Below are positions 20,779 through 31,607 of a stretch of 64,000 bases of DNA, piece after piece. Each line of letters starts with the position of its first letter. Position 1 is the stretch's first letter. Below the pieces are notes generated by a model. That model searched no databases, was not told the origin of the DNA, and was given only the letters and a program-made list of their open reading frames with translations. The stretch is from Calditrichia bacterium (GTDB taxonomy: Bacteria > Calditrichota > Calditrichia > RBG-13-44-9 > J075): contig JBOEGD010000012.1 in NCBI GenBank assembly GCA_050633245.1, forward strand, positions 32,001 to 96,000, in the 5' to 3' direction. A program made the position numbers and the translations under genes.

Positions 20779-21134
20779 AGACCGTGTTGACAACAGCAAT
20801 TTTCAGAGAAAGTAGACGAATTATGCCACTCCGCGAGGCTTGTGGAATCTTTTTTTTACTTAGCTCTAATGACTCGGGGCTAAAACGAGATGTTTAGATA
20901 AAAATGTTCTAAAAAGCAACAGAGGTACTTTAATATGTATAGTAGCGTACATCATAAAACTACATAAACCCCAGAGGGGTAACATAAAATCAAATTGTCC
21001 ACACGATCTAATGGATCTCCAAAAAACAGCGAGTTTTTATCTGGAGATTGATCGAATAGCTCTCCCTAAATCAATCCGGCTTGGCTTCAATTCCATAGAT
21101 CCCTATATTCTCTTTTACGTCTAACAGGAGATGT

Positions 21135-22277
21135 ATGGAGACATTTCAAGCAAGTGTAGTTGATGGTATGTATAGCGGGATGCTCATCATGTCTTCCCTT
21201 CAGGGATTTGTTCTGGCAGCAATTCTATTTTTTCATGCCCGGCTAAAGAGTCGTTCCAATCAATTTTTAGCACTTTCCTTATTCGCCGTCTCGATTGTGG
21301 TATTGTACGACGGTCTATATTATGTGAATCTGAATAATCTTGCCGATTCGATTCTGGCCTTTCTTCCCATTTACTTAACAAGCCCAATCTCGATCGGTAT
21401 TTATTTTTTTGTTACTTACCTGATCCATCCCAAACATCAGCTAACAAGTTGGGAAAAATGGTGGCCTGTACCAATTATCCTTGAAGTATTTCTACAAATT
21501 GGTCTGATAATCATAAATGTGTATTCTGAAAGCGGCACAATTTCCATTTCAGAAAAGTCCATCATACTTATTGAACAATCCATTGGTTTGCCTACATCGC
21601 TGATTCTTATTCCTCTGGCATTAAAGAAGGTCTATCACTATCACACTTTTTTGTTTCAGAATTATTCAACAATTGCCCAAAAAGACCTCAAATGGCTAAG
21701 GCGGGCATTACTTCTTAAATATGGATTAACCTTGTTATGGCTGGTAAGTTTTATATTTGAGTGGGCAGGTTTTTCCGTCAATTTAATTTATGAGATCCTA
21801 ACCCTCAGCTTGGCAATCGTGCTATTTGGTATAAGCTACTTTCTGCTACTACATTACCATCTTTTTCAAATAGTTCCTATCCAGACAGCGGAAAGAACGC
21901 AGGATAATTACCCAAAAAAGCTGTCACCTAAAACTGATCAATATTACGATGTTCTCAAGGATCTAATGCAAAACGAAGCTCTATACAAAAACTCCTCCCT
22001 GACATTAAGCATGCTTGCAGAACGGCTGGAAATTAGCAGTGGCTATTTGTCGCAGATTATTAATGAGAAAGAGCAAAAGAACTTCTTCGAATTTATTAAC
22101 CATTATCGTATCGAGGCAGTAAAAAGCAATCTTGTGGATAAGAAATTCGACCAGTATAGCATTATGGGTATCGCATCCGAATGCGGGTTTAGTTCAAAGT
22201 CGGCATTTAATTCTGTTTTTAAGAAACTTACCGGCTATACACCTTCAGCTTATAAAAAACGCCATCATCCAAGATAG
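21135..22277 (+). CDS. AraC-family regulator with N-terminal multi-TM sensor
   Basis: About 7 hydrophobic helices; C-terminal LSQIINE..NFFEFINHYR...ECGFSSKSAFNSVFKK.TGYTPS. Confidence 0.92.
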   Translation: METFQASVVDGMYSGMLIMSSLQGFVLAAILFFHARLKSRSNQFLALSLFAVSIVVLYDGLYYVNLNNLADSILAFLPIYLTSPISIGIYFFVTYLIHPKHQLTSWEKWWPVPIILEVFLQIGLIIINVYSESGTISISEKSIILIEQSIGLPTSLILIPLALKKVYHYHTFLFQNYSTIAQKDLKWLRRALLLKYGLTLLWLVSFIFEWAGFSVNLIYEILTLSLAIVLFGISYFLLLHYHLFQIVPIQTAERTQDNYPKKLSPKTDQYYDVLKDLMQNEALYKNSSLTLSMLAERLEISSGYLSQIINEKEQKNFFEFINHYRIEAVKSNLVDKKFDQYSIMGIASECGFSSKSAFNSVFKKLTGYTPSAYKKRHHPR

Positions 22278-22434
22278 TTTTTAGTTTGGGACCGTCCAGA
22301 ATTCCACACTTTTAAAAACTCCGCACCAGTTTTTTCGCATCAATCTGCATCGATCCGGTATATTTCAGCATTCATAAAAAGAGATGCATACCGACTGTTT
22401 AAGATCAATTAACCTTAAAGGAACGAAGAAAAAG

Positions 22435-23604
22435 ATGAATAGAAGAGAATTCCTGAAACTTTCCAGCATACTTGGCCTTTCCGCACCATTTTACTCATTG
22501 CTTAGCTCATGCAATAAAAATACTCTGGGTGTTGGAAATTTTTCCGGATCGGTAACCATCATCGGCGCCGGTGCAGCGGGAATGGCAGCAGGTTATCTAT
22601 TGGCACAGCAAGGTATCGATTATCAAATCCTGGAAGCATCTTCTACCCACGGGGGAAGGATGAAGCGTACCACAAATTTTGCGGATTTTCCGGTGCCACT
22701 GGGTGCAGAATGGCTACACGTTGAAACTGGTATTTTTAAAGAGATCGTTAATAAGAACTCTACTCCAATTAATGTCGATACCACTCCATACGACCGGGAA
22801 ACAGAATATGGTCTCTATGAAGGTCAGCGAGTTTCTATAGAAGAAATGGGATTTAAAAAAGAACGTAAATTCATTAATTCTACCTGGTTCGACTTTTTTG
22901 ATCAATACATCTTCCCTTCTGTGCGGGAGAAGATCATTTATAATACAGTCGTTGAATCTATAGACTACTCAGCAAACAAGGTAGCGATACAAACAGCAAA
23001 CAAAGATTTCTCTGCAGATAAGGTGATTGTTACCATCCCGCTGAAGATCCTGCAGAGTGGAAGCATCACTTTTTCTCCTGAATTACCTCAAAAAAAACAG
23101 TCGGCAATAAACGAAGCTACTGTCTGGGATGGCTGTAAGGCGTTTATTGAATTTTCAGAAAAGTTTTATCCTGCCTTTGTAGGATTTGAGATTCAACCGG
23201 AAAAAGCAGGACAAAAGCTATACTATGATGCCTCCTATGGCCAGAATTCATCGAAACATATTCTGGGACTCTTTGCTGTCGGAAGCGGAACTATTCCCTA
23301 TGTTCAGTTAACCGATGCTGCTCTTATCGACTATATACTTAATGAGTTGGATGTCATTTTTAATAATCAGGCAACTGCCAACTATGTAAAACACATTTTT
23401 CAAAACTGGAATGAAGAACCGCATATTAATGGGGCCTACTTATACGACCACGAAAGTTGGTCCCGGGTACGAAAACTTGGCGATTCGGTAAGCGGAAAGT
23501 TATTTTTTGCTGGTGAGGCATATACAGATGGGGGTGACTGGGCAAGCGTACATGCAGCCGCAAGATCTGCCAGACGGGCGGTCAGCAAGATACTACAGTC
23601 CTGA
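22435..23604 (+). CDS. Tat-exported flavin monoamine-oxidase-family oxidoreductase (lipoprotein)
   Basis: MNRREFLK twin-arginine signal, LSSC lipobox, IIGAGAAG, LEA...GGR, GAEWLH, FFAGEA. Confidence 0.85.
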   Translation: MNRREFLKLSSILGLSAPFYSLLSSCNKNTLGVGNFSGSVTIIGAGAAGMAAGYLLAQQGIDYQILEASSTHGGRMKRTTNFADFPVPLGAEWLHVETGIFKEIVNKNSTPINVDTTPYDRETEYGLYEGQRVSIEEMGFKKERKFINSTWFDFFDQYIFPSVREKIIYNTVVESIDYSANKVAIQTANKDFSADKVIVTIPLKILQSGSITFSPELPQKKQSAINEATVWDGCKAFIEFSEKFYPAFVGFEIQPEKAGQKLYYDASYGQNSSKHILGLFAVGSGTIPYVQLTDAALIDYILNELDVIFNNQATANYVKHIFQNWNEEPHINGAYLYDHESWSRVRKLGDSVSGKLFFAGEAYTDGGDWASVHAAARSARRAVSKILQS

Positions 23605-23690
23605 GTTAAAAGGCACAGCTATAATTTTACTCTCGGTATAAATATGTATGAATGATGTTAACAATCACGAATATCCTACAAAAGAACCAG

Positions 23691-24004
23691 TTATTTATTA
23701 AAAGTCTCATCTATCTTTGCCTTAGCCACTTTCTTCAGATTCAAACAAACTCCAGGACTTACTTTCGTCGATATCCAATCAGCTCCTTCCTCTTTCCCGG
23801 CGACTTCTCATGTCCCTTAGAGAAAGTACCAATTCTCACTAACAGTTTTATGAACCATAGCGGTGCTAGTTTGTTCAACTGGTATCGAACAATGACATAT
23901 ACCTCCAGCTTCATAGGTCGTCAAGAGGCGAATCTCTGAACCATCTGGAGCAAGAGGTCATATTCCGTTTTCAAAATTTCCGTTACAATTTTTTGCTTTT
24001 TCAT
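23691..24004 (-). pseudogene. Degraded cupin-domain gene
   Basis: AGGAGG RBS and ATG 24004. After a frameshift near 23950 it reads APDGSEIRLL...GGICHCSIP...HKTVSENWYFL*GT*EV, with in-frame TAA at 23817-19 and TGA at 23808-10. Confidence 0.7.
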
Positions 24005-24236
24005 GTCTTCCTCCTGCCTCCTTAAGACTGCAAGATAAAGCCTCACTCTACCGCATTTAATTTAGACAAAACTACTCATACCAATCAGGTTAGAACGTTC
24101 GGTATACAATGAGGATAGTATTCAAATAAAGTTTCAAATCTTTGATCTCCTAAGAGAATAATCCCAAGCAAAAACCTAATAGATAATTGCGGGCCAGCAA
24201 CTCCCATGTAGCATGAACCCAACAACAACTTCGCAA

Positions 24237-24959
24237 CTACCACCATACACCGAACGTAGCCAAGTAGCTCATTCCACTTGATTCAATCCTCTTTTCCAGA
24301 GGTAAACGAAAAACCTCTTCGGCATCTTCATCTTTTAAAAGGGTTTTACCATATAGAGCGGAGACAGCAATCGAAAAACCATTATCCAATTGCAAATAGA
24401 GGCCAGTTTCTAAATTCCAGCCGTTTCCATAGGAGTTCTGCTCAATGACAGCATCAGTATCAGGATTTTTTATCTTACTTTTCAAAATATTATATGTGTA
24501 AGAAGGCCTTATCAAAACGCCAAAATCCTCGATCACCGAATGAGTTCGAATACCACTCTCAAGAAAGTTATTATTGATACCAATATCAAATAACGAGGCG
24601 CGAAGGGTAAGTCTTACTGAAAGCGGGACAAGGAATCGGTTATAGTTTAGCTCAGCGATTTCTGTGAATGAATCCGTTGGTTCAGACGGAGCCAGTACAT
24701 AATCAAATGACGTATATTTTTCGTTGAAGAAAAATCCCCCTAAGCCAATATCAGCTCTAACTTCGCCCTCACCCGATAATACCTGATAATAAAATATACC
24801 CCAATAGTCCGCTACCGGGAATACATTCGAATATGATGCACCATAGCTAATGTCAACATATTGTGATTTATCATGGGCTGCGACAAACTGACTTGGCAAA
24901 CAAATCAAGCAGGTGCTAGTTAACACCATCAACCTGTTAATACTAAATATTTTCCTCAT
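24237..24959 (-). CDS. Hypothetical exported protein, probable outer-membrane beta-barrel
   Basis: Signal-like N-terminus from MRKIFS; alternating beta pattern; C-terminal aromatic YLATFGVWW. Confidence 0.55.
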   Translation of the reverse strand: MRKIFSINRLMVLTSTCLICLPSQFVAAHDKSQYVDISYGASYSNVFPVADYWGIFYYQVLSGEGEVRADIGLGGFFFNEKYTSFDYVLAPSEPTDSFTEIAELNYNRFLVPLSVRLTLRASLFDIGINNNFLESGIRTHSVIEDFGVLIRPSYTYNILKSKIKNPDTDAVIEQNSYGNGWNLETGLYLQLDNGFSIAVSALYGKTLLKDEDAEEVFRLPLEKRIESSGMSYLATFGVWW

Positions 24960-25253
24960 CAGTCCCTTGTGATTAAGAATATCAAACAGCAATTCATGCT
25001 AGATGTAAGTATTGAGACCTTGCTTGATATATATGCAATTTTCTTTTATTGGCTCTCTCAAAGAGGCCCATAAAATAATTAATTTCAGAAAATTATATTG
25101 GTTTCAGGGGGAGTTGTTATTAAATAATAACAAATACGGTACTGAATTGTCAAGGTCTATTTCTCTGTCAAATCAATGTATTTCCTTACATGCAGCAACC
25201 CCCTGCTAAAGGGTCCTTTTAACAACACACCTGATATTTATAAATGACATTCC

Positions 25254-26108
25254 TTACCCCCTGGCAAGCATCGGAACGGTAAATACTCCCTTAGGTAATT
25301 CAAAATTGCCTCGCGTGAAGAGATAATCCTCTTTGTTCACTACAGCCATATATCCTGAGCTGAGCTTGTCCGGCGTAAAATAGTATTTTATTTTTTGAAC
25401 CGCTTCCGTAGCGATATACGGATACAACTTTTCGATAGTTGGAATCACCTTTCCGACAATATCAAAAAGTTTCAGGAACTGGCCTTCAATTTTATAAATC
25501 ACAAACACATCCAGTTCAGCGATATAATAGATATCATTCTTGAAAAGATTATCACAATACCAAAGGAATAGCCAATTCTGTTCTATATCCCCATACACAT
25601 TGGATATAGAAGTTCGCCTGCGAACGTATTCAGCCAATCGACTTGCATCAGATGCTCGACGAATATCTACGTTACTAACCTGGGAAGGGTGAAAAACCGT
25701 AATCGGTGGTGACGCTTCAAAATGACCGGCCATTTCGATTGGCATAAAGTTGAACTGCTGATAAAAATCTGCCAGATTACGGTTTGCCAGAAGAAACGCT
25801 GACCCATTTTGAGCATTGATGTACGAATCTACCTGCTGGAATAACCGCCTTATCAATCCCTGCTTTCGATAGTCTGGCATCGTGCAAACGGTTTGGACCA
25901 TATAAGCAATTTGCTTTTTCCCGTTTATACACTGATGGAACGTACCGACAGAGACGTTGGCAACAATTTTCCCGTTATCAACAAAAGAAAACGGCATATA
26001 GTGCAGATCATTTTCTTTTAACACTGTAAAGCCGAATATTTTCAGACTCAGTTTATTCAGGCTATCGCGAAGGACAGTATCGCTTGCGTAATTGGTAACG
26101 AATCTCAT
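25254..26108 (-). CDS. GNAT-family N-acetyltransferase
   Basis: IVANVSV, VCTMPDYRKQGL acetyl-CoA motif, FYQQFNF. Confidence 0.85.
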   Translation of the reverse strand: MRFVTNYASDTVLRDSLNKLSLKIFGFTVLKENDLHYMPFSFVDNGKIVANVSVGTFHQCINGKKQIAYMVQTVCTMPDYRKQGLIRRLFQQVDSYINAQNGSAFLLANRNLADFYQQFNFMPIEMAGHFEASPPITVFHPSQVSNVDIRRASDASRLAEYVRRRTSISNVYGDIEQNWLFLWYCDNLFKNDIYYIAELDVFVIYKIEGQFLKLFDIVGKVIPTIEKLYPYIATEAVQKIKYYFTPDKLSSGYMAVVNKEDYLFTRGNFELPKGVFTVPMLARG

Positions 26109-26206
26109 TTATTTCTTCCAAAGTATATTTTCTTATGGGGTAATAACTCCAACGGAAGTAATATAATACTGAACAACTAAATTCCGTCAGAGGAGACCGC
26201 CATTTT

Positions 26207-27091
26207 ATGCCCCATATATTAAAGAACGATGAGCTCTCGGTTCACATAGATTTACCGGGAGAGAATTATAACTCTACCCGCTTTGATCAGACCGGTAAAA
26301 TTACAGACGTCCTGTATCGAGGGATTCGCGTATCCGGCGTTGAGAGAACCGATGCAGAGAACGAGAACTCGTTTGGCAAGGGATTCTATAATGAGTTTGG
26401 TATTGACGCTGCGTTGGGGTTTGATGAGGCAGAAGTCGGCGGACGGTTTCACAAAATAGGTGTCGGCTTATTAAGAAAAGACGATGATCAATACCAGTTT
26501 AACAAACGTTACGAGCTACAGCCGGCCAAGTTTGAGGTAATTACCGAATCGAACAGGGTTCTCATAACCTGTAAATCACAGTCTACTTCAGGTTATGCTT
26601 ATATGTTGGAAAAGGAAATTGTTTTGCACGATAGTGCTTTTACCTTGAAATACCGTTTACACAATACCGGTGAAAAGGATATTGTTACCGATGAATACGT
26701 GCATAATTTCACGGCGATTAATGATGAGTTAATGGGACCGGATTATCAGCTGATCTTCCCCTTTCAGCTGAACCCCGATCAATTTACGGCTTCCGTTAAT
26801 CCCGAGCAGGTGATTAGTATTGACAAGCATCAAGTAAATTTTACAGGTTCGCCCGGCGAGCAATTCTTTTTTAGCCATCTTAACGGTAAGCATACTTCTG
26901 TGGCCAAGTGGGAACTGTGGCAACTCAAAAGTAAGATCGGACTAAGCGAAACCGGGAGTTTTCAAACCAATAAAATAAACCTTTGGGGTTGGAAACACGT
27001 GATTAGCCCGGAGTTGTTTTTCTATATACATGTCAAACCTGGTCAATCCACAGAATGGTCCAGAACATATGATGTGTTTAGGTTAGATTAA
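26207..27091 (+). CDS. Galactose-mutarotase-like (aldose epimerase fold) protein
   Basis: RFDQTG, GFYNEFG, YRLHNTGEKDIVTDEYVHNF, SPELF..I.VKPGQS..W. Confidence 0.6.
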   Translation: MPHILKNDELSVHIDLPGENYNSTRFDQTGKITDVLYRGIRVSGVERTDAENENSFGKGFYNEFGIDAALGFDEAEVGGRFHKIGVGLLRKDDDQYQFNKRYELQPAKFEVITESNRVLITCKSQSTSGYAYMLEKEIVLHDSAFTLKYRLHNTGEKDIVTDEYVHNFTAINDELMGPDYQLIFPFQLNPDQFTASVNPEQVISIDKHQVNFTGSPGEQFFFSHLNGKHTSVAKWELWQLKSKIGLSETGSFQTNKINLWGWKHVISPELFFYIHVKPGQSTEWSRTYDVFRLD

Positions 27092-27142
27092 GAATACATA
27101 TCATTAGAAAGTACAGTACTCAAAAATGCGCGGGTATATTAA

Positions 27143-27703
27143 TTGGATCAATATTTAAAGTATTCTCTTCGCGAAACTCCGATGATTGGATTATCAATTG
27201 AGCAGGTTAGGACAATGCTTAAGAAATACGACTTTTTTTGTAAAGACACTCCATGGAGTGAAAAATGGGCCAATTCAACTGGCAAGGGAATTGTCCACCA
27301 GTATGAGTTGAATGAAGATGGTTTGATTATTTTCGATAAGTCGACAGACTTATTTTGGCAGCAATCCGGTTCAGGGGAGCTACAAGAAGAAGGAGTATTA
27401 TCTTATATCTCTGAGTTGAATGAGCAACGCTTTGGTGGTTGCTCTAATTGGCGTGTACCGACTCTGGAAGAAGCTATGAGCCTGATGGAACCAAGGCAAG
27501 CCAATAAAGTTTATATTTCTCCAGTATTTGATTCACGGCAACATTGGATATGGACAAGCGATCTACTGGAGGAAAATAAACGGGGATACAGTGATGCAAT
27601 TTGGGATGTCTCATATGGTCAGGGACGTTGCACACTGAATCCATTCGATTTTGCCAACAGCAACTATGTCCGTGCCGTTTACTCTGCAAGTGATCAGAAT
27701 TAA
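27143..27703 (+). CDS. DUF1566 (Lcl C-terminal) domain protein, possibly N-terminally truncated
   Basis: DKSTDLFWQQ, FGGCSNWRVPTLEEAMSL, WIWTSD, NYVRAV; TTG start. Confidence 0.8.
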   Translation: MDQYLKYSLRETPMIGLSIEQVRTMLKKYDFFCKDTPWSEKWANSTGKGIVHQYELNEDGLIIFDKSTDLFWQQSGSGELQEEGVLSYISELNEQRFGGCSNWRVPTLEEAMSLMEPRQANKVYISPVFDSRQHWIWTSDLLEENKRGYSDAIWDVSYGQGRCTLNPFDFANSNYVRAVYSASDQN

Positions 27704-27809
27704 TATAGCATTATGATCTTTAGTCTAAATTGCGACGTTGATTGACCATTTAGGCCACGCCTATCGATCTTCTCAATGACCGAGAATTTGATTTTTTGCG
27801 CATGAAGTA

Positions 27810-28847
27810 TTATTGCCTGCTTAAAATCTGAGCAATACGATTATAAACAATCTTCGATATTTCCCAGGCGTTGCCGCCGCTGGTATTCACGAACTGGATT
27901 ACAACCGTATCCATATCCTCATGATAGCGGGCAATACTTTGGTATCCCGGTAGTAAGCCGGTATGGTTATATTTATAGATAGAGGAGTAAATGGATTGTT
28001 CCTGATCGGTTAACAATGAGCCATCATTCAAAGCTCTTATGAACACGCCAACGTCTTTTACAGTCGCGACCATTGAACCACCGGGGTGTATAAAATCGTT
28101 ATACTTTATATCAGGACCATAACCGACATAATAGCCACTCATCACCTCGTTTAAATTGACCTCACTCAACAAGCTGTAGGTGTTATTCAGCTCAAGTGGC
28201 AGTAGAATTTCCTCTCTCACATACTGATGATGACTGTATCCTAAAACTTTGTCAAGAATTAGACCAATCAACCAATAATTGGTATTGGAATAACGATACT
28301 CAGCATCAGGCTCAAAATCTGCAGGCATATCCAACACCAACTCAGAAGGTCCCATATTGTCTTTGTAAGGACTGGTCCACGGGTAATCCGGATGATCACT
28401 GTAATTGTAAATCCCACTGCGATGCTGCACCAGCACTCTCAGATTGATTCTTTCTGCATTTTCTATTCGTCCGGCAAATTCGGGCAAGTAATCGGCGAGC
28501 GTACTATCCAGAGACAATCGCTTTTCATTGACCAGTTCGGCTACCGCAACGGCGATATATAACTTGCTGATACTGGCAATCTTAAATAATGCCTGTGGAT
28601 CGGCCGGGATCTTATTTTCCCGGTTTTTCCAGCCGGCAGAGTATAATGTCGCCGGCTTATCGGCTTTCTGCACATATACGACAATACCGTCAAGGCCGTG
28701 CTGAATCGCATCATCCACTTCTTCCTGAACGGTATCAGGTAATGGCTGTAACCATGCCCAGACAATATCCCAGGGTGGAAATATCACAATACAAATAACA
28801 GCAATAATCGGCATGATGATTCGAAGGAGTCGGACGGTAGGCTTCAT
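27810..28847 (-). CDS. Serine hydrolase, beta-lactamase-related (class C / D-alanyl peptidase family)
   Basis: F.IASISK (SxxK), LVQHRSG, YSNTNY, HTG motifs; N-terminal TM anchor. Confidence 0.88.
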   Translation of the reverse strand: MKPTVRLLRIIMPIIAVICIVIFPPWDIVWAWLQPLPDTVQEEVDDAIQHGLDGIVVYVQKADKPATLYSAGWKNRENKIPADPQALFKIASISKLYIAVAVAELVNEKRLSLDSTLADYLPEFAGRIENAERINLRVLVQHRSGIYNYSDHPDYPWTSPYKDNMGPSELVLDMPADFEPDAEYRYSNTNYWLIGLILDKVLGYSHHQYVREEILLPLELNNTYSLLSEVNLNEVMSGYYVGYGPDIKYNDFIHPGGSMVATVKDVGVFIRALNDGSLLTDQEQSIYSSIYKYNHTGLLPGYQSIARYHEDMDTVVIQFVNTSGGNAWEISKIVYNRIAQILSRQ

Positions 28848-29160
28848 TTTTTTGATAGTACTTTGGTCCTTCAGCGTCGCTAAACGCTACACTCAGCGGA
28901 AGCGTGGGTTTTCAAGTATTGTAGATTTATTTCGAGATCTCATGTTAATACAAAATACGGATTTCTTGTTTATTTACGAAAACTTAAATCTACGCGGACA
29001 GTTAAAAGCTCGCTTTTCCTTCAATTCTTTCAACACATCCTCAAGCACTGCCTGCGTATTAGACAATTTCTCTCGGTTTTGATAGGGCGAGACCAAAAGA
29101 CATCCAACAATCATGGGAGAGAGTTGGATGCGTGGTTTGCCTTTTCAATACAGCATCGGC

Positions 29161-30021
29161 CTAGCACCCGATATTTTCTACTGGTGCATTACCTTGCTGA
29201 AATATAAGGATCTTATTTACACGTAGGTTACCATCCCAATACCAGCGAAGACCATTGTTATACTGCCAGAAGTTATCACCGGTATCTACAAGTTCCGGTG
29301 GTCCAAAATTGGCTAAAACTTCTGATTGCAATGATCCGATTCCGAGAAAATCGCGCGTTACATCCGCGAATGGTCCTTCCATAATGATAACCGTTGCGAC
29401 TTCGTCTTGCTCTGGAGTTATTCCGGTCCCTGGCAGAAAGATAGAAATCCCCTGATTAGTATATTTCACAATATGCCCGGATATGCTGCCGAAAGGGTCA
29501 ACAATAGTGCAGAACGTATCCGAAAAACCAAGAATTTGAATAATGTGTTGATAGGTATCTCCTATTTCTATTCCTGCCGCACCGATTCCTTGTAGGATAG
29601 TGACGTTATAAAACACCTCAAAAGACACGGAAATTTCTGAAGTTGTTTCTTCTGCTTCCAACCGAAGTACATCTGTATAGTCTCCTATCGGTTGAAAAAT
29701 GTCAGCAGTCAACTTTAGAGTATCAGGAATGGAGGAACTGGCACCTTCAAATCTCTCCAGCGCGAGCCAGGAAGGCTGACCCACCACTCTCCAGCTACAA
29801 GCTGAGCCATTATTAGAAGCACTAACTGTTATTTCACTTGCATTAGCCTCCTGTGTTAATACAACGGCGTTCTGGCCCGCCGATATTGTAAGATCGCACA
29901 GTAGAGGATCTGTAGTCTCACTACAACTTAACTGCATGAAAACAGTAACACTCATAATTAGTAGGAGAACAAGCTGAGGTAGAGAGAATAAATCTCGGAT
30001 AGATTGTTTTTGTAAATACAT
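29161..30021 (-). CDS. Lipoprotein with BACON-like Ig domain
   Basis: Lipobox QLSC; SWRVVGQPSWLAL BACON-like pattern; two IG/LG-x-S/T...V...FG-x-P repeats. Confidence 0.55.
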   Translation of the reverse strand: MYLQKQSIRDLFSLPQLVLLLIMSVTVFMQLSCSETTDPLLCDLTISAGQNAVVLTQEANASEITVSASNNGSACSWRVVGQPSWLALERFEGASSSIPDTLKLTADIFQPIGDYTDVLRLEAEETTSEISVSFEVFYNVTILQGIGAAGIEIGDTYQHIIQILGFSDTFCTIVDPFGSISGHIVKYTNQGISIFLPGTGITPEQDEVATVIIMEGPFADVTRDFLGIGSLQSEVLANFGPPELVDTGDNFWQYNNGLRWYWDGNLRVNKILIFQQGNAPVENIGC

Positions 30022-30317
30022 AACACCTCCCCAATAAACGGAACATTAAACCTTTGTTTGCACATTATTTCTTGAAGTTCGAATTGACAAAATGTAATCG
30101 ATCAATGTGGGGGAGTTATTGTTAATAATAGCATGTTTGCTTGAAACATGTCAAGAATTATACCTAAAAAATAGTTGACAACTTTTTGCTAAATTTCACA
30201 TCTAGTCGTTCAAGTAAACCGACTTATTTGCGAATAATAACAGCTTGACGTTATGTTAATCCAACGCTCACAAAAAGCAAAGTGCCTCTAATCAAAACTA
30301 TAGGAGCGCTTTTATAT

Positions 30318-30363
30318 TGGTGCTCCCCCCAGGGAGTGTCGAGTGAATACATCTGGGTGGTGA
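30318..30363. mobile_element. Relic attachment site (displaced tRNA-Glu 3' end plus degenerate attP arm)
   Basis: The minus strand reads GGGAGCACCA at 30327-30318; 30331-30363 matches 31622-31654 at 28 of 33 positions. Confidence 0.65.
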
Positions 30364-30502
30364 GGGCGGCACTATATAAATCAATCCACTAATTCGATCT
30401 TATTTGATATCATACACTCAACGTTCAAAATTCAGGGTTGTTCAATAACCAGAGAATCCACTGGGTTGGACAGTTTTTCCGCCTACAGCCGTTGCATATC
30501 TG

Positions 30503-31411
30503 CTACTCATAATTTACGACCTCAATATAAATATCATATTGCTTGTTCTTTTTGGCAATGTAGGCAATGTGTTTTCCATCCGGCGACCAACTCGGTTCGG
30601 TGACACGGTTGAAGCCCTCTCCCATTTTCTGCAGCACCTTGCCTTGCAAATCCAGGATCTGAATATAGCGGATATCTTCACTTTCCTTCTTGGCAGAAGC
30701 AATGAACTTTCCGTCCGGGGACCAGGACGGGCAGAAATCGTGACCGGGGCTATTGGTTACTCGCTGTAACGATTGATCAGCAACACTAAGAATGTAGATT
30801 TCATCGTCTTTACCTTCCGTATCGCGGCGTGAGAAGAAAGCGATTTGGGAGCCGTCCGGTGAGTAACGCGGCCAGACATTGCGGAAGGAACCCGGGTCAA
30901 TTGCCGAATCTGTCGCTGTCGTTGAAGTCGCTGGAATTTCGATTCGCTTTACACCAACACCAATAGTGAAACTAAAGAGGTCGATATTACCCTCAACAGC
31001 GGCACAGTAAACAATCGATTTTCCGCCAGGCGACCAATGGGGCATCATCTCGCTTTCCGGGGACTGGGTGATCCCATCGAGGTTGTTAGAGACAAGATCA
31101 TAGATATACAGATCAGGCTGGCCGTTAAGATCACTCTGCAAAACAATGGATTCATTCTTCGGGGAAAAGGCCGGAAAACGCTCGTTCCGGGGAGTATCAA
31201 GGACCTTCTCAATTCGGCGCTCATCAACCATCAATAAAAAAATCCCCCAGGAGCTGTCAACCTTGCTTTCAAAGAGAATTTTTTTGCCGTCCGCCGACCA
31301 GGTGGGATAACGCTCATCCGCGGGGGTATCGGTGAGCTGGATGGGGCCATTTTTACCCTGCGGAAAAGCAGCGGCCGTAAAAGAAAGGAGGATGAAGAAA
31401 AGCGTGCGCAT
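30503..31411 (-). CDS. TolB-like beta-propeller (PD40 repeats), exported
   Basis: Signal peptide; six P.(W/F/Y)S(P/A)(D/G/K)G-type repeats. Confidence 0.85.
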   Translation of the reverse strand: MRTLFFILLSFTAAAFPQGKNGPIQLTDTPADERYPTWSADGKKILFESKVDSSWGIFLLMVDERRIEKVLDTPRNERFPAFSPKNESIVLQSDLNGQPDLYIYDLVSNNLDGITQSPESEMMPHWSPGGKSIVYCAAVEGNIDLFSFTIGVGVKRIEIPATSTTATDSAIDPGSFRNVWPRYSPDGSQIAFFSRRDTEGKDDEIYILSVADQSLQRVTNSPGHDFCPSWSPDGKFIASAKKESEDIRYIQILDLQGKVLQKMGEGFNRVTEPSWSPDGKHIAYIAKKNKQYDIYIEVVNYE

Positions 31412-31579
31412 ATTTGTCCGTCTTTTTTAGAGTGTAAGTATTCAAGTTCTCCAGGATTGATTTGATTTTAATCTAAAAGATGATTTAAAAAGAGGCAAGT
31501 CTAAAGCCCTCAAGAAGAAAAACACCCCAAGCGATGCGAACCCCTGCAAAACATCCTCTCCATACCCCCATAAAAACAA

Positions 31580-31607
31580 AACGGGTTATCCGTTTGGATA
31601 ACCCGTT
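31580..31607 (-). terminator. Hairpin terminator next to the left attachment site
   Basis: AACGGGTTATCC-GTTT-GGATAACCCGTT, followed by a T-run on the minus strand. Confidence 0.7.

Noticed and set aside
23808-23810. Selenocysteine at the TGA in the cupin remnant
   Set aside because: It is preceded by a TAA and a frameshift, the position corresponds to Gly, and no SECIS is evident.
23652-23939. 95-aa plus-strand ORF
   Set aside because: Shadow of the minus-strand cupin pseudogene; no recognisable motif.
28975-29115. 46-aa minus-strand ORF MIVGCLLVSPYQNREKL...
   Set aside because: No RBS or family motif; may be a gene fragment but is unsupported.
21000-30300. Integron cassette array
   Set aside because: Genes are in mixed orientation, no paired RYYYAAC...GTTRRRY attC boxes could be completed, and there is no intI.
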